Positions 50,477 to 60,519 are shown, numbered from the stretch's first letter. The stretch: DNA of 64,000 nt from Thermoproteota archaeon (GCA_037917675.1 JAVCBW010000049.1:1-64000), one strand, 5' to 3'. Numbers and translations are program-made. The notes: a model not told the origin generated them from the letters alone.

Positions 50477-51255
50477 GGTATGACCTCTTCCTCACCTGCT
50501 TCTGCTGTCCATATTTTCACCTCTAGATCAGGGTGTTTTGATGCTATTGCTCTAGCTAGCTTAAGGAGTCTTTCTCTTGTTGGCGGCTGTACTTCCCTTA
50601 GCTTGGGATCTAGTGTCACTGTGTTTCTGAACTGGTTTAGCCTTATTCTCTTTATTTCTCCCAGGGACTCTGCTATAGCTATGATGTACTCAGGCTTGTC
50701 ATTTAATCCTGGTACTATTGTGGTTCTTGCCTCTGTTTTGCTGCTGTAACTTTGTAGCGTTTCCAGTGTTTTAAAGAGCTTTTCAGCTATTTCCTCACCT
50801 TTATCCAGTAATCCGACCGTCCTGCCGAGGATCCTTGGTATCGTCGGTGGCGCCTTTACATCTACTGCTATGAAATCTAGCTTGTCAGCTAGCTTGCTTA
50901 TGGCTGATGGTATGGTTCCGTTTGTTGAGATTCCCGCTAGTTTCCCTTCCATGTGAGCGTATTCTATTAGTTGAATTATGGCCTTCCACTGTAGGGTAGG
51001 CTCTCCACCTGAGAAGTGCACTGCATCTGCTAAAGTGAATGCCTCCTTTAGCCTCTTCTTTACTTCGCTTAAAGTGACTTCTACTCCGCCATTGATCGGG
51101 ATTCCATCTGGGTTCTGGCAGTATGGGCATCTGAGGTTGCAGCCTTGAAAGAAGACTACGCAGCTCACTTTGCTAGGGTAGTCTACTGTGGAGATGTCTA
51201 CAAACCCTTGTAGCTTGACTTTTTCCAAGATATACCCCCTTTTCCCCCATCTCAC
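50473..51255 (-). CDS. nrdG: Anaerobic ribonucleotide reductase activating enzyme (radical SAM)
   Basis: STVDYP, GCNLRCPYCQN, SGGEPTLQ, TNG, DVKAP, RTTIVP; adjacent to nrdD. Confidence 0.9.
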   Translation of the reverse strand: MRWGKRGYILEKVKLQGFVDISTVDYPSKVSCVVFFQGCNLRCPYCQNPDGIPINGGVEVTLSEVKKRLKEAFTLADAVHFSGGEPTLQWKAIIQLIEYAHMEGKLAGISTNGTIPSAISKLADKLDFIAVDVKAPPTIPRILGRTVGLLDKGEEIAEKLFKTLETLQSYSSKTEARTTIVPGLNDKPEYIIAIAESLGEIKRIRLNQFRNTVTLDPKLREVQPPTRERLLKLARAIASKHPDLEVKIWTAEAGEEEVIP

Positions 51256-51536
51256 TTCTGTCTTTAAGCTCTCCTGACATATCCAGCTTATGAAGCTGGC
51301 TGGTTCCCCTTGTATGCTTTCTTATAAGTCCTCTCTACTCCATCTACAGCTGCTGATGTGCTCTATCTAAGCTTTCTGGCTTTTTATATCATCGTTTTCC
51401 TCCATTATATCGTCTTTAATGAACATGTCTTCCTGCATGTTTTTGTGCTTCTGTGGTGCTGTGTCCAGTTGTCTATCTCTTTGTTTCCCTGCCTCTCTTC
51501 TAGAAAACTATTTATTCTCATGCTCTTAGGTCTTCT

Positions 51537-51797
51537 ATGCCTAAAATAGAAGTTGTGAAGTCTCCTGGCTGCTCTAGGTGCGAGATCTTGATTAAGGCTC
51601 TTGAGAAGCTTGGAGTAGAGTATAGGGTTCTCGACTTGTCATCTGTTGAGGATCAGACTGAGCTTGTGATGAGAGATATCTATGTGGTCTCAACGCCTGT
51701 ACTCATAGTTGATGGCGAGGTCTTCACTTCAGATAGGCTTTTCTCCTCTGGAGACGTGCTTAATGTCGAGTTCCTTAGGAGGCTTGTTACTAGATGA
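51537..51797 (+). CDS. Glutaredoxin/thioredoxin-like (NrdH-like) protein
   Basis: PGCSRC, STPVLIVDG; directly upstream of nrdD. Confidence 0.85.
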   Translation: MPKIEVVKSPGCSRCEILIKALEKLGVEYRVLDLSSVEDQTELVMRDIYVVSTPVLIVDGEVFTSDRLFSSGDVLNVEFLRRLVTR

Positions 51798-51903
51798 TCT
51801 AGAGGAGGGGGGTCTCCACACTGTCCACCAAAGCTTTATTTTTGCTGCCTGAGTCAGAATAGGGGGCTGCTTTGGCTTCTGGGGTGGTGCAGCCTTTACT
51901 CTC

Positions 51904-54204
51904 ATGTGGTGTGCTGGTGGTAGTTTGAGGAGAGTTAAGAGAGCTAGAGGGAGGCTTAAGGCTGAGATCAGTCCTCTTACGAGATGGCTTAGCGAAGCTA
52001 GAAAGGCTGATGAACGTGGTATGCCTCTTGTGAGGACTACTGATAATCAGCTTGTCCCATTTGATAGGAAGTATATTGTGAGGTCTCTTATGAGGGAATC
52101 TCAGCTTGCTGAGGAGTATTTTGGTGTACCTGCTATCAAGGCATATGAGGCTGAGGAGATTGCTGCTGAGGCTGAGGCTAGGATAAGGCGGATGGATCCT
52201 CCTTTTGTGAGCGGTGCTGTTATAAGGGAGATTGTGAACAATATTCTCTTGGAGAGGGCTGCGAAGAACCCTAAGTTCTATTTGTACAGGAACCTGTATG
52301 CTAGGGTTGGGCTCCCTGTATATGATGCTCATGAGATAGTCTTCTGGAGGGGCTTTGAGGCCAGGGAGAACTCGAATCTAGAGAGGAACCGTGAAACAGC
52401 GCATAAGAAGATGTCTGATAAAACATATAAGGAGCTAGCTCTCTATCTCATGCCTCCTGAGCTTGCTGACGGCCATATTTCAGGTGATTATCACATCCAT
52501 GACCTAGAGTACTTTGTTGACTCGCCATTCTGCCAGAACTGGGATCTCAGGATATTCCTGTATACTGGGCTTGTCGTTGATGGCTCAGGGCACTTCACGA
52601 GTGTAGCTGGCCCAGCTAGACACCCTGAGGTGGCTATACTGCACTCAGCTAAGGTGCTAGAGGCTGCTCAAGTAAACTTCTCAGGTGGTCAGGGCTTTAT
52701 GTACTGGAACATGTTTCTCGCCCCTTATCTTGAGGGGCTGAGCTACAAGGCGGTTAAGCAGCTGGCTCAGATGTTCATCTACGAGATAACTCAGATGTAT
52801 GTTGCCAGAGGAGGGCAGCCTGTCTTCTCTAACATACAGCTTGTGCCCGGTGTCCCTGAGATATGGAGGGATGTTCCAGCTGTCAAGGCTGGTAAGAAGC
52901 TAAGTGACACCTATGGTGACTTCGAGGATGAGACTAGAGCTCTGTTCCATGCTATTACTGAGGTGGCTTTAGAAGGAGACTACATGGGTAAGCCCTTCAA
53001 CTTTCCGAAGAGAGAGTATCACTTTAGTCCTGATCTTATTGGAGGCGACTATGAGGAAGAGTGGCTGCTTGTCCACAGGGAGATAGCTAAGTTCGGTGGA
53101 AGCTACATAGATAACATGGTACCTCCCTACAGGATGTATGGGCATGGGGTTTCATGCTACCAGTGCTGTGCCTACACTTTTACATCTGGTCCTGAGTCAG
53201 ATCCGAAGTTCTATGAGAAGCTCTATCTCGAGAGAGGAGAGCACTTTAGTCTAGGGGGGAAGCAAGTTGTGACCATCAACCTACCTAGGATAGCTTATCG
53301 AGCTAATGGCAATGACTCTCTGATACCTGACCTGCTTAGAGAAGTCGTCTCTAAGATAGTGAAGGTGTTTGAAATCAAGGAGAGATGGCTCAGAAAGCAG
53401 ATTGAGAACTATGGGATACCCTTCGCCCAGTATAGGCCTAGAGACCCTGTTACAGGCGAGAAGCTTCCTCCTCTAGTCGACATGGCCTCGCTTGTCTATA
53501 CAGTAGGTGTGCTTGGTGGTAATGAGATGGCTCAGTATCACACTGGATATCAGCTTCATGAGAGCAAGGAGGCTGTACGCTTCCTAGTGAAGACCATCCT
53601 GCAGCTTAGGGAAGTTGTGAGGGAGTTCCGGGAGGAGACAGGTCTCCCTCTGGTTCTCGCTAGGACTCCAGCTGAGTCTGCTGCTCAGAGGCTTGCTATA
53701 GCTGATTTAGTGAGCAAGGAGTTCAGGGATAAAGCTAGGTCTGTAGTTAAAGGTGATGTTGAGGCTGCTGTAGCCTCTATAGCTGCTGGCGAACGCCGCA
53801 ACCTTCCCGTGTACTACTCGAATGGCACACATGCATATGTCGGCGCTAGGATTCCATTGGCTAAGAAGATAGAAATTGAGCAGAAGTTCTTTCCGATACT
53901 TGGTGAGGGTGGGAACATGTTTCATGTCTGGCTTGGAGAAGCTTACCCGGATCCGGAGGCTCTCTGGGAGCTTACAAAGAAGATAGCTTTAGGCTCCCAG
54001 ATAGGTTACTTCGCCTACACTAAGGACTTCACTATATGCAAGAGTTGCCATCGTGTATCTCCTCTTCTGAACAGCTCCTGTCCACACTGTGGGAGCAAAG
54101 CTGTAACTTATTGGAGTAGGATAACAGGATACTATAGTAATGTAGAGGGCTGGAATTCAGGTAAGCTCAGAGAGCTGAGAGATAGATATAGGATAACTCT
54201 ATAG
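51904..54204 (+). CDS. nrdD: Class III anaerobic ribonucleoside-triphosphate reductase (start uncertain, possibly 52021)
   Basis: ATP cone, HIHDLEY, SGGQG, YQCCAY, TPAES, YYSNG, CxxC/CPxCG zinc site, glycyl radical SRITGY. Confidence 0.95.
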   Translation: MWCAGGSLRRVKRARGRLKAEISPLTRWLSEARKADERGMPLVRTTDNQLVPFDRKYIVRSLMRESQLAEEYFGVPAIKAYEAEEIAAEAEARIRRMDPPFVSGAVIREIVNNILLERAAKNPKFYLYRNLYARVGLPVYDAHEIVFWRGFEARENSNLERNRETAHKKMSDKTYKELALYLMPPELADGHISGDYHIHDLEYFVDSPFCQNWDLRIFLYTGLVVDGSGHFTSVAGPARHPEVAILHSAKVLEAAQVNFSGGQGFMYWNMFLAPYLEGLSYKAVKQLAQMFIYEITQMYVARGGQPVFSNIQLVPGVPEIWRDVPAVKAGKKLSDTYGDFEDETRALFHAITEVALEGDYMGKPFNFPKREYHFSPDLIGGDYEEEWLLVHREIAKFGGSYIDNMVPPYRMYGHGVSCYQCCAYTFTSGPESDPKFYEKLYLERGEHFSLGGKQVVTINLPRIAYRANGNDSLIPDLLREVVSKIVKVFEIKERWLRKQIENYGIPFAQYRPRDPVTGEKLPPLVDMASLVYTVGVLGGNEMAQYHTGYQLHESKEAVRFLVKTILQLREVVREFREETGLPLVLARTPAESAAQRLAIADLVSKEFRDKARSVVKGDVEAAVASIAAGERRNLPVYYSNGTHAYVGARIPLAKKIEIEQKFFPILGEGGNMFHVWLGEAYPDPEALWELTKKIALGSQIGYFAYTKDFTICKSCHRVSPLLNSSCPHCGSKAVTYWSRITGYYSNVEGWNSGKLRELRDRYRITL

Positions 54205-54205
54205 G

Positions 54206-54751
54206 TTATGGCGCTGGTAGTATGAGCTCCCCCTCTCCTCTAATAGCCTTATACCTTCCTTTAAGATAATATAGTCCGGTGACTGCTGCTAGGAGGGCGT
54301 CTAAGTCATCTTTGCTGGGCTTAAACCCCCTTGGAGCTTCTACCTTAGCTATGCCAACTATATGCCTCCATGCCTCTTCTATTTCTCCTGGAATCTTTAG
54401 GATCCTCCTGCTAGATGTCGGGTGAACCTCTATAACCTTGACACCTATCTTTTCTAATCTAGTTCTTAGCCTTACTCCTCTTTCTGTGAGCTTTCTCATT
54501 CCACCTAGTAGTGGTGGGAGGAGTCTTATGCCCTCCTTAGCTGCCCTCCTCTCTAACTCTCTTAGGTAACCTGTCTGTGGCCTGGTCAGTGGAGCATCTA
54601 TGGCGACCACATCTGGTTTTTCTCTCGAGATGGCCTCTATAATCTCTTGGTCTGTTGTAGCTCTATATACCTTAACGCTCCTATCTGATAGTATTGCTAT
54701 AGATGTAGCTCTCCACTCTGATCCCGTGAGATCTACTCCTGCTGCTTTCAA
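54206..54751 (-). CDS. DUF429 family RNase H-like nuclease
   Basis: GVDL, VAIDAPL, IEVHP, DDLDA. Confidence 0.85.
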   Translation of the reverse strand: MKAAGVDLTGSEWRATSIAILSDRSVKVYRATTDQEIIEAISREKPDVVAIDAPLTRPQTGYLRELERRAAKEGIRLLPPLLGGMRKLTERGVRLRTRLEKIGVKVIEVHPTSSRRILKIPGEIEEAWRHIVGIAKVEAPRGFKPSKDDLDALLAAVTGLYYLKGRYKAIRGEGELILPAP

Positions 54752-55341
54752 GCTCTCTCCTTAACAGGGATCACACCATACTTCTTTATAGTTTTGATGA
54801 TGTCCTCTCTTGTTATAGCTCCTACCGCGGCTCCTTTCTTGGATACTATCACAACGTCGTTTTCTATAAGAAGCCTCGCTATTCCTATGATTGGCTCATT
54901 CTCGTCTACCTGCACAACTTCCTCTATTGCGTCTACTGCTGGTATTGATGTCAATGGGGTCCCTGGGTTTTCTACTGCAGCTTTTATCAGAGATCTATAT
55001 GTTATGCATTTCCCACCTAGAGTTACCCTACTGCCTCTTAGGAGCAGCTCACATACTTTGTATAGGCTGTCTGATGGATTTACTTCAGTTAGCTCCTTCA
55101 TGATATCTGCTGCTTTCACCTCAATAGTCTTAAGTTTGCTAGCTAGCACCCTAGATATCTCATGCAATAGGCTTGGTGATGGTGTTGTTTTCCCTCTTTC
55201 TATCTTGCTTATGAGGCTTTGTGAGACATTAACCTCCATGGCAAGCTCTCTCTGTGTTACTCCTGCTCTCTTTCTGAGCACTTTCAGAGATCTCGGACTT
55301 CTCAGTATTGCTGCTGATATCTTCTCCTCTAATGTGCCCAA
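54748..55341 (-). CDS. XRE-type HTH plus CBS domain regulator
   Basis: RKRAGVTQRELA..VSQSLISKIERG; AADIM, GAITREDI. Confidence 0.88.
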   Translation of the reverse strand: MGTLEEKISAAILRSPRSLKVLRKRAGVTQRELAMEVNVSQSLISKIERGKTTPSPSLLHEISRVLASKLKTIEVKAADIMKELTEVNPSDSLYKVCELLLRGSRVTLGGKCITYRSLIKAAVENPGTPLTSIPAVDAIEEVVQVDENEPIIGIARLLIENDVVIVSKKGAAVGAITREDIIKTIKKYGVIPVKERA

Positions 55342-55603
55342 AGGGGCTCCCCGTAGTTTGCCTTACTGCTGTATATGTCTTTAAAACTATTATGCTCCAC
55401 TTGATGATCGAGTCTAAGATAGCTCTTGCTTTTGTCAGGCTGCTAGTCTCTACAGCAATTATGATTTCTCTCTGTGAGTCTAGCATCTTTACCTCAGCTC
55501 TTCGGATCCCTATCCTATCTATCTCAGGCTTGAGTGCTGCCCTTAACACTTCAACTTCATATCTTGTTCCCTCAATCCTTATTTCAGCTCTGAGCTTCAC
55601 CAA
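55229..55603 (-). CDS. pcc1: KEOPS complex subunit Pcc1
   Basis: AALKPE, ARAILDSIIKW; conserved position after Brix; tail overlaps the next gene. Confidence 0.75.
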   Translation of the reverse strand: MVKLRAEIRIEGTRYEVEVLRAALKPEIDRIGIRRAEVKMLDSQREIIIAVETSSLTKARAILDSIIKWSIIVLKTYTAVRQTTGSPFGHIRGEDISSNTEKSEISESAQKESRSNTERACHGG

Positions 55604-56165
55604 ATGTCAAGATCCCCCTGATCGTGAATCTTGGTCCAGTTTCTTCCCAGGTCTCACCATCATAGAATGTGAATTTCCAGCCTTGGCTCCACGATGTCAG
55701 TGTGAGAACAGAGTACTCTTCATATCCTCTTGGCTTCTCATCTATTTCCATGTGCTCTATTTCCACGTGTTCCCCAAGGCAGAATGCAAGTTTTTCACAT
55801 AGCTTTATGCTCTCGTCATTTATGCTATCTGGGGCTGCTAATATCAGTCCTCTCTTACTTGTTTTCCTTCTGTTTTCCACTCCTATTTCTCTGGATAAAG
55901 CTACTCCTTTCAGTATGAACGCTGTCCTTATGTGTTCACATAGCCTTGGTCCTACTTGAATGAATCTCATTACTCCAGGATTTCCCTTCCACCTTTCTAC
56001 TATGAGTACTCTAGGCAGCCCTCTCGCTGCAGCTTCGATGCAGAGGTCCTCTGTCGAAGCTTTACCTCTATTTCTCTTCACTGAATTTGGTATAGACTTA
56101 GCTAGATCCTTTATGAAGCTTCTTATCCTCTGTGTTGGCCTTCTTGATGTTGTTATCAGTATCAT
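55584..56165 (-). CDS. Brix-domain (Imp4-like) ribosome biogenesis protein
   Basis: ITTSRRPTQRIRSF, NRGK, RWKGNPG, GPRF. Confidence 0.92.
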   Translation of the reverse strand: MILITTSRRPTQRIRSFIKDLAKSIPNSVKRNRGKASTEDLCIEAAARGLPRVLIVERWKGNPGVMRFIQVGPRLCEHIRTAFILKGVALSREIGVENRRKTSKRGLILAAPDSINDESIKLCEKLAFCLGEHVEIEHMEIDEKPRGYEEYSVLTLTSWSQGWKFTFYDGETWEETGPRFTIRGILTFGEAQS

Positions 56166-56401
56166 CTTGTGCTAGATGGTAGCACTCTTCTCTCAGATCC
56201 CATCTCTGTCCTAGGTACCCATGCTCCTCCAGTAAACGTCGCTCCACATTTCTTGCACCTCCAGATGCCTGCCATCACCTGCCTTACTCTCCTCATCTTA
56301 CACCTTGGGCACTCGTATGTTGACTTAGCTTTCCTAACAATCTCATTGTATCTGTTTCTGACTGTTCTACCATATCTAGGTACCTTGAGTATTTTAGGCA
56401 T
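56162..56401 (-). CDS. rpl37ae: 50S ribosomal protein L37Ae
   Basis: RYG, CPRC, GIWRCKKCG..FTGGAW. Confidence 0.95.
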   Translation of the reverse strand: MPKILKVPRYGRTVRNRYNEIVRKAKSTYECPRCKMRRVRQVMAGIWRCKKCGATFTGGAWVPRTEMGSERRVLPSSTR

Positions 56402-57248
56402 TTGCTTCAGCCTCTTTTACTGCAGTCTTGACTTTCTCTATGAGCTCTTTACTTTTAATTGTTGCTATATCTATTGCTAGCTCTAGCTCTGCTGGCGTGA
56501 AGCTTCCTCCAAGCATCTGGATGCCACACACTCTGTTATGGTCGTCTACTGCTATTGTTATCCTAGAGTCAGCTACCTCTTCCTCTGTCAAGTTTGGATC
56601 CACTATGAGTGTGTCGCCTATCTTAGCTACTGTCACGCTGACGGGTATAGCCTTTATTGGCAGGGGCTTAAGGTTCTCTAAGTCAGCCTCAAGCTTTCCT
56701 TCTTCTGTGAGCTTGACTTCTGGCACTAGTGTCGTCATCAGTGCTGTTATTCCAGCTAGAGCTGATGCATCCTGAAGGTTTCCATCGTGATCTAGTATGT
56801 GTACGTCTAGGAAGATCAAGTATACCTTGTTTTTGCTCGGATCGCTGGGATGCGGTATCACAAGCTGCTTCAGGTCTACTGCTTCAGCGCTCCTTATACC
56901 TCTATCTACTACCCTAGCGAGCTCTATAGCATTTTCATCTGGTGGCCCTGGCTCGAAGGTAGGTGATGCAAGTGGGAGAGGCTCTTCATGTGTTATTAAG
57001 ACACCTGTGTCAGGTGAGTCTGGGTAAGGGTCTCCTACATCGACTTTCACTCCTGCTAGCACCTGCGTTTTCCCCAGCTTAACCCAAGCTTCCCCCTCTC
57101 CCTTTGTAAAACCTCCTCTTGCCTTGATCTCTATTCTTCTATAGTCTAGTGGGTGCCTTCCATCCTCTCTTATCTTGTCTTCTTTGATGATTGTTCTTAT
57201 GTACTCTCTCTTGAGGAGTGATATGACACGCTTATGTGCTGGCCTCAC
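56394..57248 (-). CDS. rrp42: Exosome subunit Rrp42
   Basis: REDGR, FEPGPPDENAIELARVVDRGIR, DHDGNL. Confidence 0.96.
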   Translation of the reverse strand: MRPAHKRVISLLKREYIRTIIKEDKIREDGRHPLDYRRIEIKARGGFTKGEGEAWVKLGKTQVLAGVKVDVGDPYPDSPDTGVLITHEEPLPLASPTFEPGPPDENAIELARVVDRGIRSAEAVDLKQLVIPHPSDPSKNKVYLIFLDVHILDHDGNLQDASALAGITALMTTLVPEVKLTEEGKLEADLENLKPLPIKAIPVSVTVAKIGDTLIVDPNLTEEEVADSRITIAVDDHNRVCGIQMLGGSFTPAELELAIDIATIKSKELIEKVKTAVKEAEANA

Positions 57249-57993
57249 CCGTAATCTCCCTCACAATCTTCAGGTACTTCTCTCTTATAGCCTGCTTCTG
57301 CAGTTCATGGATCTTTCTGCAGGCTTCCATGGCCATTCCTACTGCTTGCTTGAGCTGCTGTGGTGTTAGCGTTCCATCCATCTGGAGGAGCGTTATCTCA
57401 TTGTAGTCTACTAGCATAGAAAGTGCTAGGTCAGCGTCTCCCCACTGGTCTTCTTCGTGGCCTACATCCAGGACTAGAAAGTCTCCTATTCTACCAACTG
57501 TGCATGCTGAGACAAGCCCCCTCATCGGGATTCCAGCATCCGCTAGGGCTACAGAGGCTGCTGTTGTCCCTGCTACTCTTGTTCCAGCATCTGATCTGAG
57601 TACTTCGACAAAAACATCTATTGTTGTCCCAGGAAACTCATGCAGGAACAGACTTGGCTCCAGAGCTTCCCTGATGACCTTTGAGAGCTCTATGCTTCTC
57701 CTATCTGGACCGGGCTTCTTTCTTGTTTGTGTCGAGAACGGGGCCATGTTATATCTGCACCTGAGTACAGCTCTATCTGGTTGGGCTAGATGCTTTGGAT
57801 GTAGCTCTCTAGGCCCATAGACCGCTGCTAGAATCCTATTTCCTCCCCACTCAATGTAAGCAGATCCGTCAGCATTTTCAAGTATTCCTACCTCTATACT
57901 TATCGGCCTCATTTCATTTGGCTTTCTTCCATCTATCCTCGTGCCATCTTCGCTGATAAGCCTTTCAGGCGGCTTTTCTATAAATATAGACAA
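57232..57993 (-). CDS. rrp41: Exosome subunit Rrp41
   Basis: RIDGR, NADGSA, VYGPRE, YNMAPFS, DAGTR, LLQMDG. Confidence 0.96.
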   Translation of the reverse strand: MSIFIEKPPERLISEDGTRIDGRKPNEMRPISIEVGILENADGSAYIEWGGNRILAAVYGPRELHPKHLAQPDRAVLRCRYNMAPFSTQTRKKPGPDRRSIELSKVIREALEPSLFLHEFPGTTIDVFVEVLRSDAGTRVAGTTAASVALADAGIPMRGLVSACTVGRIGDFLVLDVGHEEDQWGDADLALSMLVDYNEITLLQMDGTLTPQQLKQAVGMAMEACRKIHELQKQAIREKYLKIVREITGEAST

Positions 57994-57994
57994 G

Positions 57995-58690
57995 CTAGCT
58001 CCCCTCTTTCACCTTAGCTAGCTCTTCTTCCAACATAGCTTTAACTCTGTCGCTAAGCCCTGAGACATGGGATTCAAGCTCTATCTTTCTTATCGCCTTA
58101 GCCAGGATTGCCAGGATCCTAGGGTTCTTGCAGGATACCCATACTAGCCCATTTCTCCCTACTCTTATGTCACAACCTGTCAGCTCTTTTAGCATCTTTA
58201 TCATAGATCCCTTTTTCCCTATTATTCTAGGAACCTTGCTTGGCTCTACCTCAAGTATCATGCCCCTCCTTAGCGGTCCTAGCCCTGCCCCCTCTATGCT
58301 CAGGAGCGGGTTAGCGCCTCTATCAAATCTTGTGATCTTGGCCATTATTGTCTCACCTATCCTCAGCTCTCTCCTCTCAGGTCTATCTGTCTGGATTTTC
58401 TTAAGTAAGACACCATTGTATGGCGCTTTAATTTCCACCAAGTACATGTTTACTCCCTCATCTATGACCTTTCCTATTACTTCATCTCCAACTGATGGCA
58501 TGTAGCTTCCTTCAAGTGGTATCACTCCTATTCTATCTCCTTTGACGTCTAGTAGCCCTACTTTGCTTGCTTTAACCACATCTTTTTCTCTGAAGACTCC
58601 TGTACTCAGCTTATAGTCCCCTATAGCTAAGACCTCTCCTGGTACTACTATGCTTCTGTTTTCAAAGAGTATTTTCCTGTTATCTGGCAT
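57995..58690 (-). CDS. rrp4: Exosome RNA-binding subunit Rrp4
   Basis: VVPGE, YMPSVGD, KVPRIIGKKGSM, GRNG. Confidence 0.95.
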   Translation of the reverse strand: MPDNRKILFENRSIVVPGEVLAIGDYKLSTGVFREKDVVKASKVGLLDVKGDRIGVIPLEGSYMPSVGDEVIGKVIDEGVNMYLVEIKAPYNGVLLKKIQTDRPERRELRIGETIMAKITRFDRGANPLLSIEGAGLGPLRRGMILEVEPSKVPRIIGKKGSMIKMLKELTGCDIRVGRNGLVWVSCKNPRILAILAKAIRKIELESHVSGLSDRVKAMLEEELAKVKEGS

Positions 58691-59357
58691 AGATTATCTC
58701 ACCATTCATCTTGCCTGCTATCTCTATAACCTTAGTTGAGAGCCCTGATGGCACTTCTATCTCTAGCTGCAGGCTCCCATCTTCTAGCCATTCTTCAAAC
58801 CTTATATCTCCATATCTGCCTAGGATCCCTCTGGCTTTTGCTGCTGTTGAAGGAGGAAACTTTGTTTTTATGAGTGTCCTCCCGATTTTCAGTGGTATCA
58901 CTTGGGATAGTGCTGGAAGCATGGCTTTTGCCTGCTCTTCTGCTGGCTTAAATGGGTCTATCTTGACCTTTGCCTGCTCTAGTGCTTTCTCCATTCTTGC
59001 TCTTGGATGTGGCTTGTTTGTTCTGGGGTCTATGCTGTAGGTACATAGGTAGTCTATTATTTGCCTCCTCTTTCTTTCGATGAGTTCTCTCCTATATTCT
59101 GTTGTTATCTGGATCTCTCCTTTCTTGAGTATTGTCTCTGCTATCCTGTATATGTCTTCTGTCCCAAAGGCCTCTTTAAGCTCGCTTTGGGAAGCTTGTA
59201 TGCCCTTTCTAGAGTCCTTGTAAACTACTTCTGCTATCAGAGCTTCCCTTACGTCTACTGGCTTTTTCTCTAGCACTTTATATGCCTCATCTGGCTTCAC
59301 AAGTATCTCGAATCGCTGCTTCCCCTTTTTGATCCTTGCAACTATAGCCTCCGACAC
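58680..59357 (-). CDS. Ribosome maturation factor SBDS/Sdo1
   Basis: RFEILV, AFGTED, GEIQITTEYR, DPRTNKPHP. Confidence 0.95.
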   Translation of the reverse strand: MSEAIVARIKKGKQRFEILVKPDEAYKVLEKKPVDVREALIAEVVYKDSRKGIQASQSELKEAFGTEDIYRIAETILKKGEIQITTEYRRELIERKRRQIIDYLCTYSIDPRTNKPHPRARMEKALEQAKVKIDPFKPAEEQAKAMLPALSQVIPLKIGRTLIKTKFPPSTAAKARGILGRYGDIRFEEWLEDGSLQLEIEVPSGLSTKVIEIAGKMNGEIIYAR

Positions 59358-59367
59358 AGCTAGCCCC

Positions 59368-60087
59368 TCAATATCCTGCTGCCTTGAAGTACTTCTCTAT
59401 CTCCTCTAGTGTCAGTCTAGTGAACTTCCTGTCTTCTATCCTGATTACTGCTATCTCCAGGTCGTCTGGAGGCACTTTCTTCTCAGCAGCCTTCTGCACT
59501 GCCTTTATACCTAGCTTCATCCCATCATCTATTGTCATGTCATCTCTATACTCTTCTTCAAAGACTTGTCTAGCCGTCTGGCTGCCCATACCGACGGCAT
59601 AAGCCTTATATGGTAGGTAAAAACCGCTTAAATGCGTCATCATAAGCCTGGGCTTCGTGTCTACGCCTCCTATTATCATTAAGACTCCAAAGGGCCTGGA
59701 TCCAGCATACTGGGTATGCACCTGCTCGTATTCTGCTATCCTGTTTGCCAGAGCTTCTACTGTTATGGGCTCACCGTACGTTAGCTTGTTTATCTGTGCT
59801 TCTAGCCTCCCTCTTGCTATCAGCACTCTTCCATCGCTTCTTAGACCTGCAAAGACTGCTCCTATGTGCTCATCTATCTTGAATACTTTCTCAGCTTCCT
59901 CCATTAGAGAGGAAGTTATCCCCTTTCTTGCACCTAGTATCACGCCATCTACACATTTTATCCCGAAGCATATGGCTGACTGCTTGGTTGCAGTCAGAGC
60001 GTATTCTACCTGTAGGAGCCTTCCCTCCGGATTAAAGACTGTTATTGCTCTGTCGTATCCTCCTGCCATTGGAAACATATTGCTCAC
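59368..60087 (-). CDS. psmA: Proteasome alpha subunit
   Basis: YDRAITVFNPEGRLLQVEYA, RPFGV. Confidence 0.97.
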   Translation of the reverse strand: MSNMFPMAGGYDRAITVFNPEGRLLQVEYALTATKQSAICFGIKCVDGVILGARKGITSSLMEEAEKVFKIDEHIGAVFAGLRSDGRVLIARGRLEAQINKLTYGEPITVEALANRIAEYEQVHTQYAGSRPFGVLMIIGGVDTKPRLMMTHLSGFYLPYKAYAVGMGSQTARQVFEEEYRDDMTIDDGMKLGIKAVQKAAEKKVPPDDLEIAVIRIEDRKFTRLTLEEIEKYFKAAGY

Positions 60088-60132
60088 CTCTCACCTGCTA
60101 GCTGGAGTAGTGTGTCTTGGCTATTTAAAAGC

Positions 60133-60519
60133 CTACTGAAGCTGCAGTGCCAGCTTAGCTGCTGCCATGGCTGCTGCCTTAAGCTGATTTAGCTCTAGTC
60201 CAAGTGCCCTCAACGTGTTTCCTAGCTTGATTATGTCTAGCTTGCACCTGCCTCCTTTGTACTCTGATATGAGTCCCATAGTGCACAGAGCATAGTCTAG
60301 GCTTCTGTCATCAGCAATCACGACTCCTAGTCCAGTATCCTCCTCGAAGTAGGCTAGCTCAAGTATGCTGCTTGATAACATAGCTATCCCGCCTATCTTA
60401 AGTGCTGTAGTATATAGAAGGCTACTGAGCTCCTTTGCTGTCACTGCCTTCTCTCCAGTATACTTGAAGAGGATATATCTTCTTCTCCACTTAGCTTTGA
60501 TCGGGATTTTGGCTCGCAA
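60133..60519 (-). CDS. rnp2: RNase P protein Pop5/Rpp14
   Basis: RRRYILF...GNTLRAL; conserved position. Confidence 0.8.
   Translation of the reverse strand: MRAKIPIKAKWRRRYILFKYTGEKAVTAKELSSLLYTTALKIGGIAMLSSSILELAYFEEDTGLGVVIADDRSLDYALCTMGLISEYKGGRCKLDIIKLGNTLRALGLELNQLKAAAMAAAKLALQLQ

Noticed and set aside
56825-56865. Short insertion (PHPSDPSK) in Rrp42 as a possible in-frame intron
   Set aside because: I found no 4-bp central helix with correct bulge spacing for a 12-18 nt intron; likely a protein loop.
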